64,000 nucleotides of DNA from Klebsormidium nitens (lineage: Eukaryota; Plantae; Klebsormidiophyceae). The stretch spans positions 186,001 to 250,000 of the forward strand of contig DF236984.1 of NCBI GenBank assembly GCA_000708835.1. Direction: 5' to 3'. The notes under the pieces are model-generated. The model ran no database searches. It saw only the letters and a list, made by a program, of their open reading frames with translations, and was not told the DNA's origin. Shown piece by piece: positions 11,987 to 25,452 of this stretch (within the stretch, counting starts at the first letter, position 1; each line of letters begins with the position of its first letter). The translations under genes were made by a program, and so were the position numbers.

Positions 11987-13815
11987 CTGCAGTTATAAAA
12001 AGAAAAGAGAAAAAGGCTTCGATCACAAAATCTCAGGCCTACAGATTGTTTGGGAAATTCGAAACGGACATGTCTTCCGGCTTGACGTTTTTTTCGAACA
12101 AAAAATCCGTTGTAACGCGAGCTAGGAGTACTTCAAAGTTCCTCTGATACGACGTTGCAAATGAGAACAAGAAATCATCCATAGGAATGGTATTAAGCTA
12201 CCCGACAAGTGTTCTAACGGTGATTAGGAATCGTGTGCTGACCTTGATCTCGGCAGATTCCTTTCGAGCCAATGAGGAGGGCCTCTTCAAAGTGCATCTT
12301 TTAGAATAGCTTGAGCTCAGGACCATAATCTAGCTGGCTCTATATTCTACGCCGTACCGAACTCCACGACCTCCTTGTTGCATGAGAATAGGAACAGCCT
12401 TGAAGTGCACCACACGTATCCCAGAACATCAATGACTTATGCTCCCACAATGGATGCTGTTCAGACGTCCTTGTACCGTACCCCTTATAACGTGTGCCGT
12501 TATTCATGACGAACGCAAAAATAAAGAAAAGTTTCATAGAACAGTAGGCCAAAGTTTGAGATTTACCGCTCTTGTTCAGGAACCGCGTATGGATTACAAG
12601 GGATGTGCAGGCTGCGGCGTTTTCAGACTGACTCGCTCTTCTAACATCACGTACTTTGTGGTCAGCAAGCAGACTCAACGGACTCGTTTCACTTTGTTCC
12701 CTTGATGCCTGTGCCGAAGAAGCATCTGCACCGTCCTTTCCACTTTTTAGCTGCCAAGCGGATGCAATAATCCTGCACTCTGTTCTGAAGACAGAAATAG
12801 GTTTCTGACTCAAAGCTCCTGAAAGAATCTGTCTGCCCGAAAGACGCAGCATACTGTTTGGCATAATTCGGTTCTGAACAAAGAGATTCTTGTCTCGCCC
12901 GAAAGTCGACATGGAAGGAAGAAGGCAAGAAGGATGAGCTGTCACGAGACGTGAGCTCGTCATATTGCCAGCTACTGAGCCCTTGTGGATCTGCAAGCTG
13001 AGTCCCGTCTTGTGTCAAGGAAAGGGCGCTTTTGTCTAGCGCAGGTCGCTTGATGCTTCTGACTCTGAGATGAAGTGGAACTGGTCGCGTGACGTCCATA
13101 ATTACTGCGCGCGCGATCGCGGCCGTGACATTTGCGCGGGCGCGCGGCCGACCGCGTCGAACGCTGCCATTGCAACCAGGGCTCAAAAAGGGGCCGCGCA
13201 GCCAGACCGACGCGCTCCGCGCTTCTACATCCTGCTAAGAACGTATGTGTCCATTTCGCAAATGGAAAATACGTTGATCATCAACTCGACGATGCACTCA
13301 CGAGAGACTTCTGGCGACTCTAGATCTGCAGATTGAAAAGGGCAATCTGACCGGACCCGCGCTCCAGACCTAATCACAGCTATCACTAAACCAATCCCGC
13401 TTTCCATGTGTGGTAGTTCCGATCAATGTGGAAATTTCGTAGATCTTCACTGCATTGGCACACACTTTGGCACACTACATTTACTACACGGGTGCTCTGC
13501 AACAGTGCTTTCATCTCGTCCAAGGTGCAAGGATGACACCACATCTGATCCATGTGCGCCGCTCATGCATAGATATGATTTGCGTCTCATTTTTGCACAG
13601 TGTGCATCCCAATAAAGCTGCGGCCCGTCCGACCAAGCACCGGTACTCGCTTATCATCACGCGATAAGAATGTACAAATTGAAGGGAGATTCCTTCAGTG
13701 GCAGACCCCCAGAATACATCCGGTCGGTCGAGACGGTCACGGATAACAAAGCGCAGCGAGACGGAAGATGTTTGCAACTAACTGCTCCGGTAAACTCCTT
13801 AGATTGCCACTGTTT

Positions 13816-16800
13816 TTAAAGCACGAACAACCTTCTCTCCCGCAAATCCGTTTGGACAGCCGCATCGTACTCCTCTAACGCGTCTGTCACGGCCTCCTCA
13901 CGCACATAGACATTCTCCAAGCTGGGTTTGAGCTGATGCTCGTCTTTCAATCCGATTATCGCCGCGTCTCTAGCCGTTCCACTCGTCTTACATCCTCTTA
14001 GGTACGCAACATCATGCATAGGATCCAAAAGTTCGCACTCCCTGAGGAAGTCAGCCCCATGCAAGACCAAAAGTCGGACAGCGTCAAAACGGCGGTGGTA
14101 AGCCGCGAGGTGCAGCGGCGGAAACGCACCCTCGACGCTGCCATAAACTTCCGGCCCGCTAAAGCCCAACCGATTCGGGAATGGTCGTCTCGCCACGTGG
14201 ACGTTCGCGCCGCGCCTCAGCAGGGATCTCAACATGGACGTATCCTTACACGTGGCGGCGTATAAGATGGGCCACGAGGCGAGGGACGGGGATGGAAGTG
14301 AACGGCCAGACTCCTCGAAGATGTAGTGACAGTCTGGGTTCGCTCCTAAGTTTAGAAGCCACTCAACAACGAGGCAGTTTCCGGAGAAGACGGCGTATGT
14401 CAGAGGATTCTGTAGACCTTCCCCAGGCACTTCGGAGTAAAGTAAGTCTCGCTCTGGCCCCGGAGAAATGGAGACGAAACTTTCGAGGAAGCCCTCCGGA
14501 GTGGGTGTCTGCGCGAGACGCGCCAGAAAGCGCTGGACGGCCGGATGGTGCGCATCTAAATTGGCGAGGAAATGAAATATGCTTGCGCCGTCGAAGGGCG
14601 TGCCGCCGTACAACGGGTTTGGTCGCAGGGCGGGACACAGCTGCACGTGGCAGAGCAAACGCAGGATGAATGAAACCCTTCATTTCTGATGAAAGCTAGA
14701 AAAGAATCGTTCTGAATGCTACGGACCTTCAGTCGTCGGGTATTACCCGCAATAGTGCAAAGACCAGGATTTCTCTGCGCTCCGAATAAAGCTGGAGCCA
14801 CTTCGCTTGAAAAAGATGGTGCCACCAGCTAGACTGCAAACAAAACCCTTAAGTTACAGGCGGCGAAGGGAAGCATACACTGAAGACTGATCAACATCAC
14901 GCTTCACATTCCACAACAAAATCGGGTCGTTTTTATGATTGATGCTATCCTATGCGCTTACAAGGGAAGTGAAGGAAAGAGCTTGCCAAGCGCTTGACCG
15001 ACTAACGTGCACCCAACACAAGGAATTAGCAGTCAGTCTTCCTCGAAGCTCTAGCCCAACTTAGGAAGAACACTTACCTTTACTGAGAAGCTGCGTCCAG
15101 GTGCCACGTGTCATGCTGCAGTTGCGAGCTGAGCCACTCGAGCATCTCGTGGGCTTTGAACCACACCGCCAAAAAGAGGGGCGTCCTGCCGAAGGGATCC
15201 CTCATTGCGAGCTGCTCGCGGGGTAAGCTTTTGGCAAACCATACGCTATTGCTGGCGGCAGCGCCCAGCATGTTTGGGATCTGGCGGGCGACATGCAGGA
15301 TAATTGAGCCGGTTTCCAGGACGACGAGCCGTCCCGTTCGGTTCCGGCTATTCCCTGCGAAAGATCAACACTCTAGCGGTTGAGATTCTGGTACGTATCA
15401 TACTGACACTTAGACCGTGTGAGACTACAATAGAAAAGTTTGTTAGAAGCTAGCCATAACTGTTTCAGCCGTGTGGATCCCGAAGCTGCAACGGATGTTT
15501 TTAAAATAACAGAACGAAGAGTCTTGTGTATTGGAGTCTCAACGAATGATTGAATGAGGTTTCTACTGCGTCAAGCTCGTCGGAGATTCTAGACTTTCAT
15601 TCAGACCTCTGAACCAAAGTAGACAATTAGAGATCGATCAGACGAGTATCGTTATCTCGCTTAAACCACAGTTTGCAGCCAGGATTCTTTGCCTATACTC
15701 TTGAGGAGGATACTATTCTGCCGCTTGTTCTAATCTTTCGAATTCAAATTCGAAAACCCAAGTTTCTCGAAGTTTCAGAACAACAACGAGAGAGCTTTCC
15801 AACTGTCAGGGAAAGCAGCAAAACATAAAATTGCGGGTGTCGCTTTACCTTGGTACCACACCTCCCCTTCCAGCGTGATGCCCCAAGGCTTCAGTATATT
15901 GTCGGCAGTCCATTGGATCCAGAAAATAGCGTCATTGAAGTTGAAGTGCTCATCGGAGTTATATCCGCTGGGGATGCGGTACTCCCGCTCCATACCAAGT
16001 CCGTCCGGTGTTGGCACCCTTGAGAAGGTCCCTTTGTACCGCGGAAGGCCCCCTTCCGGATTTGAGCCGTACTGTTTTCATTCCAAGGATTCTTCACCAA
16101 GGCAAGTTTGCTGGTCTCTTCATGACCCCCCGGAGCCCAGCGACAATTCATGCGGATGCTCCGCTTTTGCAAAAACTCTGTCTGCAACACAGCGAGGTTG
16201 GTACTTGAGGATGTGGCTGCATACAGAGGTTTTGGGGCTTTACTTAAGTTTCTGGGATTGATGTGTCAGAGCTCTCCTCTCGTTTTGAGGCGTTGTTAGC
16301 AGAAAGGATGGAGATGAATCGTCCGTCAGATTGGATATTCTCACAGAAGCTAGAATTCAATCAACCGTGAATCAAGCAAGCTTCTCAACGCCTTCCAAGT
16401 CTGTGATTTTAGATATTGCTCTATTTTCGAAAGAATATAAGCAAACAATCAACTTTGCCGAACACACAACACCCGGAAAGGCAAAGAGGATTCACTGGTA
16501 CTTTCGGACTTCGAGACTCTGAAGAATCAACTCTTGAACAAACACCTTGATCCAAGCACCCGAGTCGATACTTCCTGCCTCGATTGTTTTTCACTATCAT
16601 TGAAAACGTTAGATTCGATCAGAAAATAGAGTCGATGCATAACCTCCAAAACTCTGCTGGTATTTTGAACAGCCTTGACAAACATCCAGTCATGATGGGG
16701 AATCTCACCTGTTTCTCAAGAGGAAGGTCGAGGAAGTCCCTCGAGCTCACCCAAAACTCGCCCTCAGCACCAAAGGGAAGTCCTACAAGCTCCCTGACAG

Positions 16801-16957
16801 GGTGCGCACAGTTCCTTGTTGCCCCTGAGTCCCGCTGTAACTGCTCATTTTGCCAAAAGAGCAGCAAGTGGAGGTACTGATTGTACTCGAGCCTCGTACC
16901 TCCGCAAAACTTGAAAGCACCCTGAAAGTTGTATGTAATACTCATGTTGCGATACAT
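13816..16957 (-). pseudogene. Cluster copy A: uncharacterised N-terminal domain plus ankyrin repeats, disrupted
   Basis: Exon 1 16957-16709, exon 2 ~16180-15850, exon 3 from 15354 to ~15078, exon 4 ~14645-13816. One-base deletion near 16020 relative to copies B and C; frameshift and stop at the end of exon 3 (DAASQ*); early TAA at 13816. Confidence 0.8.
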
Positions 16958-17771
16958 GGCGAAAGTAGATGTGCGGCTAGCTTTTCGACAAATGGTGAGG
17001 CGCGTTGAGGAGAACACGAACTTCAGGGCTTGCTTTGTGTGCACTCATACGCGCGGCCCGCCCGCTATTGATCAGCCAGGGTTCCAAGGTTTTGCCAGAT
17101 CGTTGTATAAACCTCTTTAGCCGGTCACGTGACGTCAGTTGCGACTTCAAGCCCTGGCGGCCGCGTGGGCGCGCGACCCGGCCGGAGGCGCCGCGCGACG
17201 AATTCTGAGCAGCTGGACAATCGCGCTCACCACAGAGCATCCATTATTGAAGTAAGGCGGCCTTGTCGCTTGTCTTGAGGCTTATGTTTTCCGTGATGTG
17301 ACGAGGTTGGTTGCAACTTGCAGATCGACTTCTCTACAAAGTGGGGGATCGACTGTCAATAGAGCTGACGTATGCACCGCAGACATGTAGAATGACCGAC
17401 CGTAGAACTCCGTTCTGATGTAATTGGCTAAACCTATCGTTTTAGTATTATTCCACTCTGATTCGGTCAATTTTCATGAGCAAATCTCAGTCACGGTCCT
17501 TACTACTGCTCAAATGAAGGGTCTGAGACACCTTGCGGTATTATGAATGCGTAAGCTGGGCGGACGTTCACAGCGTAATTTACCGTTAAACATCAATCAG
17601 GTAAAATTGGCTTATTATTTTCACACAACGCACGGTTATCACGTGAAGGATTGCAAAATCTCTTCGATTTCGTAAGATGAGGGAGCGCTTTTCCAAAGCC
17701 TGAAAAGCAAGGCAATCTTCTTTGTCACTTCGCAGAAAGTCAGTTGAGACAGTCAGTCGAGACGGTCAAGG

Positions 17772-20700
17772 TTAATCTAGAGCAGCTAAGTGGAATATTT
17801 TTGCAACTAAATGCTCCGGCAAACCATTCAGGTTGCAGTTCCTACTGAGACAGCAGAGCACAAGCAACTTTCTCTCTTTCAACCCTGCTTGGACAGCGGC
17901 ATCGTACTCTTCTACTGCGTCCGTGACAGCATTCTCGTGCAGAACGACATAGTTCTCACTTCTCTTCCGCACGTGCTCGATCTTGAGCCCCAATTCCACC
18001 GAGCTCTAGCCGTCCCTCCGTCGGTCAATCTCTTCCCATGACCGCGTATGTGCCTATCTCCCAAGTTGCACTCCTTGCGAACGTCAGCACCGTGAAAGAC
18101 CAAGACGCGAACATTGTCGTAGCGGCGGCGGTATGCCGCAAGATGCAGGGGCGTCATCGCTTCCGGCAGGATCCAATAAACTTCCGGCCCGCCTAGTCCC
18201 CACCAACCACGTGATTCACATGTTGGTCTTCTCGACACGTGGACGCTGGCGCCCCACTCAAGCAGCAACCGCAACATGGAGGTATCCTGACACGTGGCAG
18301 CATGTATGAGAGGCCACGAGGAAGGGGAGGGGAAGGGCTTCGAGCGCAAACTCGAGTCGATGTGATGGCAATCCGGGTCCGCGCCCAATTTCAGAAGCAA
18401 TTCAGCGACCAGGCGGTTTCCGGAGAAAACAGCATGTGTAAGCGGATTGTGGATGTCCTCATCAGCCGGTCCCATATGGTCTGGCTCCGTCTCTGGTTCA
18501 CCAGAGATTCTCGTGAAGCGTTCGAGCATGCCCACTGGCATAGGGGCCTGCGCAAGACGCGCCAGGAAGCGGGGAACCGCCGGATGGTACGCGTCTAGAG
18601 CGGGGAGAAAGTGGAACACGCTGGCGCCCTCAAAAATCCGAGGGAATTGGTCATAGGTAAAGGAATAGCACGGCTGCAAGGACAAAGGCAGAGTGTAATC
18701 AACTCACTTATGCTTGCGGAGCCGCCGGTTCTTATCAAGATTCTTTACTTGTAGGATCTGGCCGTTGAGCGCGATCTCCGCTGAGCCGCCTTTCCAACTT
18801 GCATGCCAAACTTTCAAGTTTGGCTTGAAAATATCTACCTTTCGGTGAAGGTGTCCACATGTATCTAGTCTCCGAGCAGCCGCAAATCTCAAGCTGCAGA
18901 GGTAGCGGTCATGCCCTGTCACCGATGTAGAATAGCCCTCTACTTGGTGATCGATTCGTATACGTAGGCCACTTTTCTGATTCTGAATGGATGCAAACCA
19001 CCGGAATCATAGTCCCTGTTCAAACCTGGAAACAGCAATCAGAAAACCACATACCTTTCTTGCGAAGACCGCATCCAGCTGCCAAGTGTCGTCCTGTAGC
19101 TGCGTGCTAAGCCAGTCGAGCATCTCGTGTGACTTGAACCAAGCCGCCAGCAGGAGGGGCGTCCTGCCAAAGGGATCCCTCATCACGAGCTGTTCGCCGG
19201 GCAAAGTTTTGGCCAGCGATACGCTATTGCTTGCAGCGGCACCCAGCATGTTTGGTATCTGGTTTCCACGCGCCGTTTGCTTCACTATGGATCCGGTTGT
19301 AAGTATGACGAGCCGACCCGTGCAAGTCTGGCTTTCTCCTGCAGTCGAAGATGCAAAGGGGGTTTCAACCTTGATGTATTTTAGATCATGGGATAAATTT
19401 CATCCGAAGAAACGCGCACTGAATCTACCGGTTCTTTTGTTCCCAGGTGACTGAGATTATGTTGATATCCAATAATGAATTGAATTTAACCTGAGCTGCA
19501 TGTCCCCTGAATGAATTAAAGGTTTCCGAAGTTTTATGCACAAAATAATCAGACCTGCACATGAAGTCGAAACTGACCTCTAAATGTGTGCAGCACTTGC
19601 AGCACTCAAACAAGCCGTTTCTATTTGGCCATTTCACAAATCAGCAGCTCTTGAAATACTAGATTCGACTGAGTATGATTCACAGCTGCCGGGGGCTGGA
19701 TCCCAGAAATCAAAGAGTGCTTGAAATCGTTCTTGGATCGTATGGGGCGCCCTTCAGCAAAAGGATAACTGAAATCCTGGCATTTCACCTTGATACCAGA
19801 CTTCCCCTTCCAACGTCAGGCCCCAGGGCCGCAGTATGTTGTCGGCTATCCACTGAATCCAGAACACGGCACCGTCGAAGCTGACTGAACGCTCGGGAAT
19901 TCCAGTGCGCCGATTATAGCACCACTCTATTCCACAGGCGTCCAGCGTAGGCACCCAGTGACACGGTTCCTTTCTGTCTCGAAACGCCGTGAGAAGCCGA
20001 AAAGTGTGAAAGTGTGATTCTCTTCCGTGCGGGTCGTTCTTTATCAGTCCTGTCTGGGACGTGTCCCAGCCGCCAAGATGGTCATGGTACTCGTTGCCAA
20101 ACCTCCTTGTTTGTAAGAACTGTGTCTGCGGCACACGTCAGCAAACGCGTTATAGGTTTTGCTCAAGAGGTCAGTGTCGGGTTGCGCTTCCGTAAAAGGA
20201 AACGCGCATCTGCCTTTCCAGATTAGCGCGGTCAGATTTGCGGGAGTCGGATGGGTTCACAGCACAATCCAAATGCCCTGCTGACGACCTTTCAAAGATG
20301 GTAGTTGTAAAAACCACCCGACAAACTGCTCCACCCGACGAAGATGGCCTCAGTTGAGGCAAGAATCTGAAGATCAAGCAGAATTTAGAAGCCAAGACAA
20401 AATAACCAGCCTCTTCCTTTCCCGCCGACACACCTAGTTGTTGCATTCTTATGATCTTTTCTGCCCTGATGACGTTTTTCCGATCATATGATCATGCATG
20501 TCCAAACTTGCTGGCCTCGCAAGATAAAAGGCTAGACTAACCCCAATTCTCTCATTGCAGTACCAATAATACGTATATACGTTCTGACCAATTGCAAAAT
20601 TGAGCAATATTTTAAATCTGAATCTGCAGGAATCTTTGTAATAACTTGGTCGAAGTTACAGGCTTCGACAATTTGCTTCCAGATTCAGAGGGCGTTCAAT

Positions 20701-21268
20701 CTTTGTAAAAGCTTAAGGCAAAGAGCTCTTAGGAGATAAAATATGTAACTGGTAAACGACCGCCTTCTTGCTAAGATGATCTGAAAACCTGCTAACAATG
20801 GAACCTGATTGTCTCTCCATGGCAGGCAGTAACCGTGCCTCCAATCCTCCAACGTCGATCTTTAATCCGTACACCACTTAAGATTATAATCTATCGTTCT
20901 TTGACCACCTGAACATCTATGAAATTGATAATATAATCTTGTAGGTGTCTCATTCTAGCTATTGGAGTTGCAGAATTGACAGTAAGGACACAAAAGCCAT
21001 GACCTTTCTTGTATCTTCTCACCTGCGTCTCGGTGGGAAGGTCAAGAAAGTCCTTTGAGCTCAGGAAGAACTCGCCTTTAGCACCAAGAGGAAGGCCGAC
21101 GAGCTCCCGGACAGGGTCAGGACATTCTTTTACTTCATCAATATTCCGCTGGCACCGCTCAATCTGCCAGAATAGCAATAGATAGCGGTACTGATGGTCA
21201 TTGAGCTTCTTGCCTCCAGAGAACCTAAAAGCGCCCTGGAAGGACATGGAGTTCCAATCGACGCCCAT
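17772..21268 (-). CDS. Cluster copy B: uncharacterised N-terminal domain, 4 ankyrin repeats and F-box-like tail; one frameshift near 18005
   Basis: Exons 21268-21023, 20125-19789, 19338-19055, 18673-17772 with consistent GT-AG phases. ANK motifs GRTPLLLAAW, NPLTHAVFSGN...LGADPD, PLIHAAT...WGASVH, TPLHLAAY...HGADV. The tail LPEHLVAKIF is in a shifted frame. Confidence 0.75.
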
Positions 21269-22044
21269 GGCGAAGCTGGATGTGCGTCTGACTTTCAGAT
21301 TGTCCGCTGAACAAACGCAGCGCTCAGTGAACACGATACTGCACTCAACCAGTGCGCGGCCAGCGCGATCGCATCGGTGAGTACTCAGGTTTCCAGGTTT
21401 TTGGCGGATTCGTTCCATCCAAGAGTCGCGTGATGGGTACCCGCGCACGCGGGCGCGCGGCCGACCGTCTCTGCCGGGTTGTCAACCACGGAGTCGCGGC
21501 CGCGCGCGCGACTAGCTCGGAGTTGGCGGCCGCGCAGCTACAGTACACGGTAGACTAAAACACGTGGCGTTTCGACAGAGCGGACGTCCTGTTCAAATCA
21601 TATTGACGCTTGTTGAAGGTAACGCATTCGAAACTTGCAGCATACAGAAACGAAGCATGATTTGGGGCGCCATCGAGGGACAATATGCAGCTTACGGCTA
21701 TGTCCGTGTCCCTTATGCGGCAACCGCTCTCGTGACAAGGAAGATAAACTTACAACCCCCAGATATTGTCGGGTGGCGCAAAGGATCAGGCCTTCAGACG
21801 GAACAGGGCTTTCCGTCTTCTTGAACTAATCTGCAGCCTAAAGGCCCTGAAGGCCAACGCACATAAGCACCCATACATTCTTGTAAATCATGTGGAACCT
21901 CCCAAAACCTGGAATCAAGCAGGATGCCCCAACCAAGCGAAAGGTGCACGGAAAAGATGTCCACTTAGGGAACGCGTTAAATGTATTGGAAACGTCGATG
22001 GAGTGCCTCGTATACCAGATCCTACTTCTGGTCCGTCGAGACGG

Positions 22045-25000
22045 TCAGGGACAATAGAGAGAAGCTAGGTTAAAGATCTTTGCAACCAAGTGTCCTGGTA
22101 GAATCTTCAAATCAATACTCCTTTGAAGGCAGCAGAGCACAAACGACCTCCGCTCTCTCAGGCCCGCTTGGACAGCGCCCCTCACATATGCCGTCTTCTC
22201 CGGAAACTGCCCGGTCGTTGAGTGGCATTTGACCCGAGGGGCGGACCCGGACTGCCGTTACATTTATCCGAACCCTGGTGGCTATGAGCCCTACCCGTCT
22301 CTTTCCTCGTGGCCCGTTTTGTACGCTGCCACGTGGAAGGACGCGTCCATGTTAAGGTGCCTGCTGGAGCACGGCGCAAGCGTCCACGTGGCGAGACGAC
22401 CGCTGATGGATCGGTGGGGTTTTGGCGGTCCTGAGGTGTACGACCGCGTCCCGAATGTCTTGACGCCGCTGCATCTGGCAGCTTACCACCGCCGCTACCA
22501 CGGCATCCGGCTGTTGGTCTTTTACGGGGCTGACTTCCGCAGGAAGTGCGACCTGGAGGAGCCTGGTTGCCGCGGGCGTTATATGGTTGAGTTTAACGCA
22601 AGTGGAACGGCTAGAGACGCGGTGATTACGGGACTCACAATCGAGCATGCGGTGAAATCAACCGCAACAACCGAGTGGCAGGACGACCATTTGCATGAGA
22701 ATGCTTTTACATACGCGCTGGAAGAGTATGGGGGTATGCAGAGCTTCCTCAGCCAGGTCAGTATTCTTAGAGATTCGTTCTGGCCCGCAGGGAAGCCGGA
22801 CGAAGCGTTCGAGGATGCCCACGGGGATGGCTGTCAGCGCGACACGCGCCAAGACACGGGGGACAGCCGGATGGTGCGCATCTAGACCGGCGAGAAGGTG
22901 GAAGACGTTGGCGCCGTCAAAAGCTGGGCCGCGGCGGCCGGACGTCTTAAGGCTCAGGACAGAGCACGGCTGCAAGGACAGAATAGAATTGCAGTTGGTC
23001 TCCGCTCACTGGATCCTCGACAATATTTGACTTCAAGATCCATGGCTCCTAGCACGATTTCCGATGGGCCGCCGCTTCTGAACTATCTTCAGTACGATCT
23101 TACACAAACTTAAGGTTGGTTTGGTTCTGTCCTCCGACCACGCAGATGTGCAGTATCGAGCCTGGGAATTAATGGCGAGCCACAGCTCAAGGTTGCAAAA
23201 GAAGTGCAAGCTGTAGTCTCCAACGCACGAAGAACTCCGAAGTCCAGCAATTGATGCATCTCCTTGGATGCACAACCTTGTTCACGTGTCCTTTCTGTGT
23301 CTACTCTGGACAATGCACATTGAACACCGCATACCTCTCTTGCAAAAAGCGCATCCAGCTGCCACGTGTCGTCCTGCAGCTGCGTGCTAAGCCAGTCAAG
23401 CATCTCGTGCGACTTGAACCAAGCGGCCAGCATCAGGGGCGTCCTGCCAAAGGGATCCCTCATCCCGAGCTGTTCGCGGGGCAGCGTCTTGGCCAGCCAT
23501 ACGCTGTTGCTAGCTGCGGCACCCAGCATATTAGTTATCCGGGGGCTGCCTGCCGGCTGCTTCACGATTGAGCCGTTTTCAAGCACGACGAGCCGACCCG
23601 TGCAGTTTTGGCTTCCTCTTGCATTCGAAAATGCAGAGGACTATTGGAGTTCTGTTGATTTTATCTTAGGGTGCACTGCCGTCCGAAGCTCGCAAACAGG
23701 ATTAGATCAATTGCAGTTTGTTTCCGCTTGGAGGAGCCGAATAGTGGCTGTCCATCGCGTGTGCATTTGTACCTGGAAAGACCCAGATCTACGGAGGAAC
23801 CCGTTTAAGGGGTGTTAGAAGTGACATAGGACGAAGAAGCATGATCTGCAAGTGGACCTAGATCTACAATTTGAAACTCATGCTACTTTAGATCAGACAG
23901 TCTGGTCCAATGCCTGCTTAGATGTATAACTCTTTGCTTGTCTTCATTTCAAAGATACTGAACATATAACCCGTCCCAGATGCTGGAGCTTGAAACTCAG
24001 AAACATGTAGAGCTGCAAAAGCTTCTACAGCAGACATGGAGAGAACAGGTTTCGGCTTCCCACCTTGATACCACACTTCCCCTTCCAACGTAAGGCCCCA
24101 GGGCTTGAGTATGTTGTCAGCAATCCACTGTATCCAGAACACTGCATCACCGAAGCTGACCGTACTTTTCAGGGTCCAGCGCCGGTTGTAAAACCACTCC
24201 ACTCCAAGGCCGTCTCGCGTAGGCACCCAATGACAAGGGTCCTTTCTGTCGCGAAACGCCTTTGGGTATTGAAAAGTGTAGTAGTCGGGTCGGTATTCGT
24301 ACGGGTAATTCTTGATGAGTCCTGCCGGAGACATAAACCAGCAGTCCATCTGGTCCCGGATCTCTTCCCCAAACCTCCGGGTTTGTAGAAACTGACTCTG
24401 CGACACACAGGAATTTCATGTTGTGTTTTTTGAACCTTTAGTATCTGCTTGCTGCCTTGAGGAAGTGCGTTGACTTGCTATTAAGTGAACACACCGATGA
24501 AACCACGGGACGGTTGCATAGGGTGGATCTTGATTCGAAAAGCCTAAGGGACATTTTCACAAGCACCGGGAGGCTTTCAAACGAAACCGCTTCCTTTGAC
24601 GAATTTGGCTTCTTTTGAGGTATGCATCCGGCAAGCAAGCTTTTGGGAGATGTTTCCACGCAACGCTGGTTTCTTTTTTTTCTGACAAAATCACGTTTGG
24701 GTTGGGTCCTAATTCTGCTTCGGTACCATCTGTTCATGTTTAGACTTGCATGCCCAGAAGCAAGTGTATTCATCAGAATATGGAGGAGTCCCTGTGGAGG
24801 TTGTTTGAACAAGCTCATCTCGGTCAGGTTGATTGCAAGAGCTACACAGGAATCTCCAAGTGAGCTTTCGAGAAAGTCACTGTGCTTACAAAGAACATTT
24901 ACTAAAGTCCGTATACTTCTGAAGAAGCTCCTCCTTGTTTTAAACAATGAAGAAGCAGCAGTCAGTCATCTTTGTTCAACAATCATTTTCCCTTTATGGA

Positions 25001-25452
25001 AAGCAGAGACGCACTATTCTGTAATGGGAGTAGCTATGCCTCCCACCTGGATCTCGATACCCACGGAATCATGTGCTTCGCTTCTTCTGGTTTTGAAAGC
25101 CAGATGAAACAGATTTCTACATGCCCAGCCCTGAAGCTGGGAAGTTGCTGATGGAATAGGGACATAACATGTTGAAATGTAAGCATGAAAGCATCCTGCA
25201 TCTTCTCACCTGCCCCTCTCGATGAAGATTAAGAAAGTCCTTGGAGCTGACAAAGAGCTCGCCCTCAGGACCAAGAGGAAGTCCAACAAGCTCCCGGATT
25301 GGATCAGGACAGTCTATTATCTTCTCAATGTCTCGCTGATACCGCTCAATCTGCCAGAAGAGCAGAAGATACAGATACTGATTGTCGTCAAGCTTCTTGC
25401 CTCCAGAAAATCTGAAAGCACCCTGGAAGGAGATAGCGTGATCCATGGCCAA
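22045..25452 (-). pseudogene. Cluster copy C: same gene with an internal inversion (~22178-22730) and a mutated exon 3 acceptor
   Basis: Exons 25452-25210 and 24397-24064 intact; exon 3 acceptor reads caa instead of cag (~23617); the central ankyrin part of exon 4 reads on the plus strand while its flanks read on the minus strand. Confidence 0.85.

Noticed and set aside
11563-12147. 194-aa plus-strand ORF
   Set aside because: Antisense shadow of the J-domain exon, no motifs.
14181-14669. Plus-strand ORFs over the ankyrin exons (also 18239-18598)
   Set aside because: Antisense shadows of GC-rich coding sequence.
22229-22885. Independent plus-strand ankyrin gene
   Set aside because: It is the inverted interior of copy C exon 4 and runs into antisense sequence past 22730.
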